DNA of 63,936 nucleotides, filler included, from Thraustochytrium aureum (Eukaryota), in NCBI GenBank assembly GCA_012862495.1. It is 4 parts of 3 records of this genome, joined end to end, with 100 filler letters (N's around TTAATTAATTAA, not from the genome) between each part and the next. Parts side by side here need not be neighbours in the genome. Positions count along the whole stretch, not along the records: positions 44,153 to 62,823 come from BLSG01000314.1; positions 62,924 to 63,936 come from BLSG01000344.1; 2 more parts are not named here. One strand, 5' to 3'. Shown piece by piece: positions 54,992-63,936 of the stretch. The number at the start of each line of letters is the position of its first letter. Position 1 is the first letter of the stretch. Under the pieces are notes generated by a model. That model saw only the letters and a list, made by a program, of their open reading frames with translations, did no database searches and had not been told where the DNA came from. Position numbers and translations under genes: made by a program.

Positions 54992-57029
54992 ATGGCCTGG
55001 GGCTCGGGCGCGACGGCGGCGACGCAGGCGCCTGGCAGCGTGAACCTCGGCTCGATAATGAGCGAGCAGATGGCCGAGAGCCTCGAGGGGCAAAGTCTGC
55101 CGCCGCCGCCGTTGGCTCAAGTCCCCGGCGGGGCGGCGCTGTCGCAAGAGGAGCAAGACTTTGCCCTCGCGCTGAAGCTTTCGCTACAAGAGAGCGGAGC
55201 GGGCACCGGCCGCTTCGTGAGCGCTGTCCCGGGGCGCGCCGGAGACGAGCAAGACGCTGAACCCGAACACCCAGCTGCCGCTCCAGGCAGCCCTGCCGCG
55301 GCGCAGGCAAGCGGCGGCGACGCAAGCGACGACTTTGCGCTCGCTCTGCAACTCCAAGAGGAGGAGGACGCGGCGCTGCTCGCGTTTTCTCGCAGCAACT
55401 TGCAGGGCAAGGTCAAGTTGCGCAGCAGGTTCGAAGACCCAAGGTCCGCAGTGCTCGGAGCGGCGCAGCAGGTAGAAAAGCGGCTGTACTCGGCGGACGA
55501 CGCAGACGAAGTTCTAAACGAGACGCGGCAAGCCAGCCAGGCCATGAAGGCCGCGCTCGCCGCCAGCAAGGCCGCGCAAGAGCGTCTCCCGCCTTGGCCC
55601 GTGCGCAAGAAAACCTGCGCGGCCAGGGCGGCACAGACGAAATCGTGACCAAGCACGACGCAGCTGCGGACGGCGAGCGGAATTGGGCCCAGCTCGGCGA
55701 CCGCCTCGGCGAAGGGGCGCGCACGGGCGACGTCATCACCAGCAAGCACAAGATCACCAACAGAGTGTACAACGCGCTCAAGCACTCGCTGAAAAAGCAG
55801 GAAGGCCTCGTCAAAGGCCTGAGCGCCACCGTAGAGCGCGAGGCGATTCAAACGCACGCCAAGGGCCTCGACCAAAAGACGCGCCTGATCCTGCACCGCA
55901 TGGTCAACGCCGGCCTGCTTGAGGCTGTGAATGGCGTCGTTCGCACCGGGAAAGAGGCGCTTGTTTACCACGCGCAAGGCCATTTCGACAACCAGGCCGC
56001 TGCAGACTCGGCAGACGCGGAGGCGGAGGACGAGTCCGGCGAGAGCCCCGGCCTCAGCGGCGAGGACTCGGTCGTGCTGGTAGAGAATGGCGACGGCGAG
56101 GAGGAGGCGGAGGAGGCGGAGGTCGCGGAGGGGGGGCAGCAAAGCGCAGAGGGCCTCGCCGCGCGGAGGGAAGTGGAAGAGGACGGATTTGTAGTTGTCG
56201 GAGGCGAAACGGAGGAGGCGGCCGCCAAGTTGCAGTGGCGCGGCGGCGCCCGAGGCAGCGGCTCGAGAGCGAGCATGTGGTGGTGCGCGAATTTGCCGTC
56301 AAGGTCTTCAAGACGACGCTAACCGAGTTCAAGAACCGGCTCGAGTACGTTCGCGGCGACCACCGTTTCCGCGACATCGAGCGGCTCTCGCGGCAAAATC
56401 CGCGCAAGGTTGTCGCCGTATGGGTTGACAAGGAGATGCGCAACCTGATGCGCGCGCGGCGAGCGGGCATTCCCTGCCCGTACCCTGTGCGAATTTACCA
56501 GAACGTCCTCGTCATGGAGTTTATTGGCGAGGAGGGCTGGCCCGCCCCGCAGTTGCGCGAGGCCAACCTCTCGCGGCGCCGCCTGGACATGTGCTACCTG
56601 CAGACGATTTTCATCATGCACGCTCTTGCGACGCGCTGCAACCTGGTCCACGCGGACCTCAGCGAGTACAACTTGCTTTATATGAAGGGGCGCTGCTTCA
56701 TGATCGACATGGGCCAGTCTGTGCTGTTCAACCACCCGCAAGCGGAGCACTTCCTGCGCCTCGACTGCACGAACATCACGCGATTCTTCGCCAGCCGCAA
56801 CGTGTCTAACCTCATCCCGGCTGATCGGCTCGTCTCGCTTCTCCAAGAAGCCGTGCGCGCCGAACAGCGCGAGCGCTGGGCCAACCCTTCTGCGGAGGCC
56901 GAACCTGCCCTTCTTAACTCCACCGTCGCGTACGCCAAGGAGCTGGGCGCTTATGCAAGCCAGGCCTTTGCTGAGCTCATCCACGCCGAGCGCGAGCAGC
57001 TCTCGCCTGCGAGCTCGACCAGCGCGTAG
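54992..57029 (+). CDS. RIOK3: RIO kinase, RIOK3-type (frameshifts near 55589 and 56226)
   Basis: N-terminal LGSIMSEQMA and DDFALALQLQ (RIOK3-like). TKHD, LDQKTRLIL, TGKEALVYHA, AVKVFKTTLTEFKNR, KEMRNL, LVHADLSEYN, IDMGQSV. Confidence 0.88.
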
Positions 57030-57876
57030 GCGGCCGGCCTCGCCGAGCCGCCAGAGCTGAGCCGCCCATACATACACCTACATAGAGTACCACTCACGAA
57101 TCCACGAAAGTCACCGAGCGGCCACGCAGACCACCCCGCAGCAGCCAACCACCCCGCAGCAGTCGCCCAAGCGGCGGCGCCGGGACGGGCCAGCTCCGCT
57201 CGACTCTGCCGCGCGTCCAGCGCCCCCTCGACGCCATCGTGCAAGAAGTACNNNNNNNNNNNNNNNNNNNNNNNNNNNNNNNNNNNNNNNNNNNNNNNNN
57301 NNNNNNNNNNNNNNNNNNNNNNNNNNNNNNNNNNNNNNNNNNNNNNNNNNNNNNNNNNNNNNNNNNNNNNNNNNNNNNNNNNNNNNNNNNNNNNNNNNNN
57401 NNNNNNNNNNNNNNNNNNNNNNNNNNNNNNNNNNNNNNNNNNNNNNNNNNNNNNNNNNNNNNNNNNNNNNNNNNNNNNNNNNNNNNNNNNNNNNNNNNNN
57501 NNNNNNNNNNNNNNNNNNNNNNNNNNNNNNNNNNNNNNNNNNNNNNNNNNNNNNNNNNNNNNNNNNNNNNNNNNNNNNNNNNNNNNNNNNNNNNNNNNNN
57601 NNNNNNNNNNNNNNNNNNNNNNNNNNNNNNNNNNNNNNNNNNNNNNNNNNNNNNNNNNNNNNNNNNNNNNNNNNNNNNNNNNNNNNNNNNNNNNNNNNNN
57701 NNNNNNNNNNNNNNNNNNNNNNNNNNNNNNNNNNNNNNNNNNNNNNNNNNNNNNNNNNNNNNNNNNNNNNNNNNNNNNNNNNNNNNNNNNNNNNNNNNNN
57801 NNNNNNNNNNNNNNNNNNNNNNNNNNNNNNNNNNNNNNNNNNNNNNNNNNNNNNNNNNNNNNNNNNNNNNNNNNNG

Positions 57877-59894
57877 GTTTCTCCCCGCTTGGAACCGCAT
57901 GCAGGACACTGCTGGTGGGGTGGGCCCCCGGCCAGGACGGGTTTGAGCTCCCTGCGGTCGCCGGGATCCCAGTGACCAGCGACGACAGCTTCTTCGTGAT
58001 GGAGGTCCACTACAACAATCCCGCCAAGGCGACGGGGATCCGCGACTACTCGGCGATGCGGCTCGTTATGACACCCACGCTCAGGGCCAATGACGCCGGC
58101 GTCCTCACCGTCGGGGATCCCGGCACGCGGATGGACACACTCCCGCGTGGCCGAGTCTCGCACCGGCTCGGGGTCTGCGACACGGCGTGCACGAGCGAGA
58201 TGGCTGCGCCCATCACGCTCTTTGGCTCCTTCTTACACGCGCACAGCTTTGCGCGCACCCTGTACACCAACCACTACGACAAGGACATGCGGTTCAAGGG
58301 CACGCTGGGGCGCACCGAGTACTGGAACTTTGAGACCCAGCGCCAGAACGACCTGAACGCCGTGTTTGAGCCCGGGGACATGCTCTTTACGCACTGCACT
58401 TACGACCTTACAAAGTGGCCACGCGACGTGAGCTTCGGCCAGGACAGCCTCCAGGAAATGTGCATGGACTTTGTGTACTACTATGGCCCGACGCCGCAGT
58501 GGAATGGCGAATCTCTCACCTTGTGCGGTGGCGCCTCGGGGATCCAGAAGGGCGCGCAATCCGACGAGTCCTTCCAGGGGATGGTCGACTTGGTAGGCGG
58601 CTTCGAAACCGTTTTTGCCAACAAGCCTTCGTGGCGCGGCCGTATGGTCGTCAACCTGTGCAACGTCCAACCAGTTGTTGGCGCATACTCGGAGAATTAC
58701 AAATACAAGACGTTCGAAGTCGCTATCCCCATGCAGCGGCAAGATCCGCGCGCGTGGGACAGCTCGGCGAGCGAATGGGACGAGTCGGTGTCCTTTGGGA
58801 ACGAGGGCACCTGCGGCATTCTCCCAGACCCGTGCGAGGGGAACTCCGACGACCCCGATTTCGACTACCAGCTAAGTCTCGGCGCTGGGGCCTCTGAGGT
58901 GCAATTTTACTGGCGCGTGATTGACGATGGAGCCGTCTGCGGTCTGGCGATGCGTCTCTCGTACAGCAGCAGCGGCTCGGGCTGGCTTTCCTTTGGGCTT
59001 GGGTCGGCCATGTCTGGGGCCAAGGTCCTTGTCGCTTCTGGCGGCGCCGTGGGCGAGTTCGCGATCGGTGAGGGCAAGACATTGTCGTCCGTAGTTCCTT
59101 TCGAAGCGTCAACTGGGATTCTGTCCCAGCAGTTCACTGCGGCGCAGGGCGTCGTCACTGCCCGGATCAACGCGACGTCACTTGCAGGTCGCTCGTTTGC
59201 GCTCAACTGCAACGGGGTGAGCGGCGCGCAGATTGACGCGATCGTGATCGCACAGGGGGCCGACGCAACGCTGAGCTCTGCGGGGCACACCTCGAGCTTG
59301 GTTGCGACGGTGGACTGGTCCGGCTTTGGCTCCGCGACAACAAGCACAGTGCTCGTGGTGCACGTTTGGTGCATGCTTGCTGGGTTTTGTGTATTTCTTC
59401 CGCTCGCTGCCATGCTGCCGGCCGTCAAGACGCGGACTTCGCGGTGGTTCGCGGCGCATCGCGCCATCGCCATTTTCTCTGTCGTGCTTGCCCTCACAGG
59501 CCTCGCGTGTGGGTTTGTGTACGTGGACAAGCACTTGAGCGAGCCGCACCACGTCGTGGGCTTGATTGCGGTCCTCGCGCTGCTTGCAAACCCAGTCCTG
59601 GGCTTCGCCCGGCCTGGCAAGCAAGCCGCGCGGCGCGGGGCTTGGCTCGCGGCGCATCGCGGCGTCGGTCTGCTTGCGTTTCTGCTCGGTGTGGCCAACA
59701 CGCTCATCGGGGCCAAACTCGTTTCTGGGCGTGGCGTATTCGGCGACGCGGATCCTGTGGCCGTCGGCGCCGCGTTCGTCGGTTTTGCTTTTGCGCTGCT
59801 CCTAGGCGCCATTGCGCTCAAAGCGACTGCGTCGCCTGGAGGGGCGCGCGTGAGCGAGCAGGAGAGCGCCAAAGCGCTAGACCAAAACGCATAG
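57877..59894 (+). CDS. Copper type II (DBH/MOXD1-like) monooxygenase fused to DOMON and cytochrome b561 domains (5' end in gap)
   Basis: VGWAPG, MEVHYNNP, FLHAHSFA (HxH), QEMC. DOMON GWLSFGLGSAMSG...H. b561 His set VVHVWCM, WFAAHR, PHHVVG, WLAAHR with five TM helices. All in one open frame. Confidence 0.9.
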
Positions 59895-60050
59895 ACTCAA
59901 TGACGACACTTTTTTGCTATTTCAGTCGGGGCCAACGCGCGCCGTCGGTCTGCGCGGCTCGGACGGAGGGCCCGCAGCGCCGCATGCAATACCAAGCTAT
60001 GATACTGGCTCCCAAACCTTTGGAGAAATCCGCCGCGCGCCGAAGCGGCC

Positions 60051-60958
60051 TCAGCTGCTGAGGGACTTGGAGGACGCGCTCCCTTGCGCCTTGCGCACCT
60101 CTATTGCTTCCTTGTAGGACGGGTTGATGGGCGGCTGCGTCGGTGGCTGAGGCACAAAGTCCTCGTCCAGCGCATACGACTGGTCGGCGTCAAAGCCGGA
60201 GAGGTCCCCGCACGCGATGAACGGAACCATGACGCGGTTTGTGCCGACCAGCTCGTCAAGTTCGGCTGTGGAGGACTCGGCGCCGGCCTCGGCGTAGTTG
60301 ACGCCGAGCATCGGGTCACCATGGTCGGCTCGTACCCGTCTGGGAGCCGGAAGCCTTGGCACACGATAAAGGCCTCCATACTCGAGTTTCGGCTGCTCTG
60401 CGGCTTGGCGATGGTGACCTGCTCGAAAAAGCTGCGCAGCTGCGTGTAGAGCAGTGTGACGTCTTTGCCGCGGAAGATCTTGGCACAAAACTTTCCGCCC
60501 GGCCGCAAGATGAACGTTGCGATGTTCAGTGCCGCTAGCACGAGCTGCGACTGCAGGTAAACGTCCAGGTCGTGGAGCCCTGTCACGTCCGGGGCGGCGT
60601 CCGAGACAACCAGGTCGGCCTTCTCGCCCGAAAAGTGCTCGATGATCGCCCGCGCCGTCGCCTCCGAGGTCATGTCGCCTTGGTGGAACACGACGCCGGG
60701 GATAGGGGCCATCTGCTGCAGGTCGCAGGCCACGATGCGGGTCTCCGAGGCCTTGTCCTCGCCCTCGCCCCAGAGCCGCCTGCTCAGCAGCTGCGACCAG
60801 GACCCAGGAGCCGACGCCAGATCGCAAGCGCGCTTGACGCCACCGAGCAGCCCGAACGCCTCGTCAATTTGCCCCAGCTTGTACGCCGACCTCGCCCTGT
60901 AGTTTTCCTGCTTGGCCTGCCTGTACCACACATCGCGGCGCTCCTTGGACTTGCCCAT
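60051..60958 (-). CDS. FTSJ1: tRNA (C32/N34) 2'-O-methyltransferase Trm7/FTSJ1 (frameshift near 60315)
   Basis: [16 protein letters not shown]...[75 protein letters not shown]. Confidence 0.95.
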
Positions 60959-61476
60959 CCTNNNNNNNNNNNNNNNNNNNNNNNNNNNNNNNNNNNNNNN
61001 NNNNNNNNNNNNNNNNNNNNNNNNNNNNNNNNNNNNNNNNNNNNNNNNNNNNNNNNNNNNNNNNNNNNNNNNNNNNNNNNNNNNNNNNNNNNNNNNNNNN
61101 NNNNNNNNNNNNNNNNNNNNNNNNNNNNNNNNNNNNNNNNNNNNNNNNNNNNNNNNNNNNNNNNNNNNNNNNNNNNNNNNNNNNNNNNNNNNNNNNNNNN
61201 NNNNNNNNNNNNNNNNNNNNNNNNNNNNNNNNNNNNNNNNNNNNNNNNNNNNNNNNNNNNNNNNNNNNNNNNNNNNNNNNNNNNNNNNNNNNNNNNNNNN
61301 NNNNNNNGTCCGGTTGGTTGGTGAGCAAGTAGAGTACGTGGTTGAGAAGAGGAGTGTGTTGGTGGGTTTGGACCTACTCCTCAACTCCAGGGCGCGTTGT
61401 TGCTTCTGAACTGGTCTGCGAGGGGCTGGCTGGCCGCACGTGCACGGGACGCTGCGTTTTGGGACGAGCGCCTTGG

Positions 61477-62823
61477 CTAGGGCGATGGTGGCGCGTGCTC
61501 GAGCGCCAGCAAGGCGTCGATGTCGCTGATCAACTCCGTCGCCGACTTGCGCTCGCGCGGCTCGGGGTGCATCATGTTGAGGAGGATGGCCACCGTGCTC
61601 GTGTTGGCGAGACCGAGCTCCTCGCAGGTCGAGTACAGCGACTCGCCAAGCGGGAGCGACGCTTCCATCTTCACGTTGGCTTGCACCTCGCGGTCAAACA
61701 CGCTTGGGCGGTGCTCAAAGCTCGCGTCAAAAGGGCGCCTGCCAGCAATGAGCATGAACAGCGTCACGCCAAGGCTCCACAAGTCCGACCGGCTTGAGAA
61801 TCGGCCGAACAAGACTTCGGGCGAGACGTACGAGGCCGTTCCGCCCAGCGTGGTCCTCCCCGGCGAAAAACTCGTCCATGTCTTTGTCGTACTCAGCGCT
61901 CGTCTGGGCGTACTTGCGCCGCCGGAACGGTTGAGCGGCGCCAAAGTCGATGAGCACCAGGTTGCCTCTGATGCGCGAGATGTCCCGAACGCACTTTGAC
62001 CACGGGATGCGGAAGACAAAGTTCTCAGGCTTGACGTCCAGGTGAGCAAACCCTGCTTTGTGGCACGCCTCCAGCGCCACAAGCATCTCGCGCGTCACCT
62101 CGAGCACGCTGGTCTCGCTCAGTGTGCCCAGGTAGAGGTTGTGGTCTGCGACGAACTCGAAGAGCTCTCCGCCGCGGCACAGCTCTGAGATCACAAAGAC
62201 CTGGTGCTCCGTCTCGTACACGTGCAGGGGGCGGAGCACGGCAGGGTGGTTCACTCGGGCAGCGAGCGTGACTTCATTGCGGTAGTTGTGCGCTGTCCTT
62301 TTGTCCATCGTCTTGATCGCAAATTCGGTCCCGCACTCGTGGCGACGGCAGGTTCGGACCACGCCGTAGGTCCCATGCCCGATCTCGTGTGAAACCTTGT
62401 AGATGTCGTAAAGTTCGCGCGTGTGGGAGAGGCGCACTACGTCGCGCTGCCACAAAAAGGGCTCCGACTCCTCCACCGGCTCGGCGGGCTCGGGGGCCCG
62501 CGCTGGAGCTGTGGCGGGCATCTGGAAATCGCCGCTAGAGATCCTGACCGCGAGCGGTGCGCTCAAGCGCGCGCGCGCGGCTGCTGCCTCCCGCGCCATG
62601 TCGACCGGGTCAAGGAACGTCGCCGGCGCAACGGGGCTGGCCGAAGGTGCTTCCGCCTGCTCGTTCGTCGGGCCTGGGCAGCCTTGCGACATTGGCCGCG
62701 CTCGCTTGTGCTGCTGCTTGCGTCGAAGCGCGCTTTTGTCCAAGGCACCCGCGCCGCGGCTCGAGCGCACGAGCTCGCGACGCTTCGCCGGCCCTGCTCC
62801 ACGAGGCCCAGCGCAGCCACCCT
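61477..62823 (-). CDS. CAMK/CDPK-like Ser/Thr kinase without EF hands (start at 62692 or beyond the scaffold end; frameshift near 61868)
   Basis: IGHGTYGVV, AIK, ELCRGGELF, HLDVKPEN, DFG, GTASYVSPE, DLWSLGV. Confidence 0.9.
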
Positions 62824-62923
62824 NNNNNNNNNNNNNNNNNNNNNNNNNNNNNNNNNNNNNNNNNNNNTTAATTAATTAANNNNNNNNNNNNNNNNNNNNN
62901 NNNNNNNNNNNNNNNNNNNNNNN
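62824..62923. other. Artificial scaffold-joining linker
   Basis: N44-TTAATTAATTAA-N44. Confidence 0.98.
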
Positions 62924-62984
62924 TTGTTGTCTTGTGGTTTGCCAGCAACGCGGCGTGTTTGCCATACGGCCGAGTGCGACCACG

Positions 62985-63872
62985 ATGGCGGGTGCGGCGC
63001 TCACGAGTCGGGAGCTCTGGGCTCTCGTGGCGGAAAGAAGTATCCGACGAACAAACGAGACCATGCTCATCGTCGTTTGCGTGTATTTCGTGTGGGGCTT
63101 TTTGACCTTCGATGTATTGCCATCATGGTTGGCTTGTATCTCTGGTCTGACTGTCGTGACTTCAGTCGTGTTTCCAGTTATGTTGTTATTCGACCGCTTT
63201 TATCTGGGAAGGAGAGCGAATCGTCTGTACAAGGTCCTTCGACGCCCGAGCCCTGTCGGTACAAGGGACCCAGGTGTTGCTGCGATTAACAAAATCAATG
63301 GTGAACTCGAGGATAGCTCGATTTACGACCGTTATGGCAACCCTCGGGGTGGAGTGCATCGCATGGTTTTCTTCGACGCAGCGACGAGGAATCCTGAAAC
63401 CTTCCTCCTCAATGATTTCAACGACGGGGCGGACTTTCACAACAAAATACAGAGCATGCAGAAGCCAGTCGTTCGATTCTACACCGAGATGTTTAATCCC
63501 GATCTCCCGCAGGAGAAACCGAAGGTAATTGCTGCCGTCCAGGTCGACTTGCCCAAGTTTAACCAAGGCATCGATTCGGTAGAGTCCTACAACAAGAGAT
63601 TGGTTGGGGAGCTTCAGGATGGCTTCAGAGAATTTCGTGGGGGGATCAAAATCGTCATGAAAGAAACTATCATACACGCCGACATGTACCGCAGCAAGAC
63701 CAAAGGTGAGATCTTTCGCCTGATGATGGAGACAAGAGCCGCGAGTAGATGCGCGCAGCCGACAACCGGTATGCCTGGAACCATAGACAACGTTCGCCGC
63801 CTCCAAGACTCTGGCTTCTCCGCGCCGCAAGAGGAGAGCTTCTACTCGGAGAAGGCGCTGTTCCTGCCTTAG
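62985..63872 (+). CDS. Hypothetical protein with two N-terminal TM helices and a soluble domain (295 aa)
   Basis: Open frame with a hydrophobic hairpin followed by globular-looking sequence. Visibly less GC-rich than most genes in the window. Confidence 0.7.
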   Translation: MAGAALTSRELWALVAERSIRRTNETMLIVVCVYFVWGFLTFDVLPSWLACISGLTVVTSVVFPVMLLFDRFYLGRRANRLYKVLRRPSPVGTRDPGVAAINKINGELEDSSIYDRYGNPRGGVHRMVFFDAATRNPETFLLNDFNDGADFHNKIQSMQKPVVRFYTEMFNPDLPQEKPKVIAAVQVDLPKFNQGIDSVESYNKRLVGELQDGFREFRGGIKIVMKETIIHADMYRSKTKGEIFRLMMETRAASRCAQPTTGMPGTIDNVRRLQDSGFSAPQEESFYSEKALFLP

Positions 63873-63936
63873 TGGCAAGCCGACCGCGTGGCGGTCCACG
63901 AGTGCATTCTGCGGACTCGAGCTCGAGCAGCAAAAG

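Noticed and set aside
4340..62823. Programmed frameshifting, RNA editing or mass pseudogenisation
   Set aside because: Indels go in both directions at unrelated homopolymers, with no in-frame stops or decay in essential genes. Sequencing error is the simplest explanation.
1..63936. Operon or biosynthetic/defence gene cluster
   Set aside because: Neighbouring genes are functionally unrelated, alternate in strand and lie on four separate scaffolds.

Overview
This window is eukaryotic nuclear DNA, not prokaryotic. It is a GC-rich, gene-dense, intron-poor protist draft assembly. The gene set and style suggest a flagellated stramenopile such as a thraustochytrid/labyrinthulomycete; this is an inference, not confirmed. 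Four unrelated scaffolds are joined by 100-bp N44-TTAATTAATTAA-N44 linkers at 26203, 44053 and 62824, and there are many internal N gaps. About 26 protein-coding genes are supportable. They include threonyl-tRNA synthetase, an MscS channel, a full-size ABCD transporter, COA5/Pet191, a multi-TM class-3 lipase, a DUF2254-like protein, a PqiA-domain protein, NAE1, RPB7, an AGC kinase, an SFI1-like protein, a PDHX/E3BP-like protein, an amidase, RIOK3, a copper monooxygenase-DOMON-cytochrome b561 fusion, Trm7/FTSJ1 and a CAMK-like kinase. Three spliceosomal introns are fully resolved (GTAAGT donor, GCTGAC branch site, AG acceptor); a fourth, in RPB7, has a clear acceptor but an ambiguous donor. About 13 single-base frameshifts in conserved genes can each be repaired at a short homopolymer and look like pyrosequencing-type errors. 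The most notable observations are (i) the monooxygenase fused to its own transmembrane electron supply, (ii) an animal-type non-catalytic E3BP, (iii) a RIOK3-type kinase in a protist, (iv) bacterial-like DUF2254/PqiA/DUF5692/amidase genes, and (v) a structured, repeat-bearing segment with a foreign WD40-like tail interrupting the ABCD gene without a GT donor. No rRNA, tRNA, CRISPR array or intact transposon was found. All family assignments come from motif recognition, not database searches.
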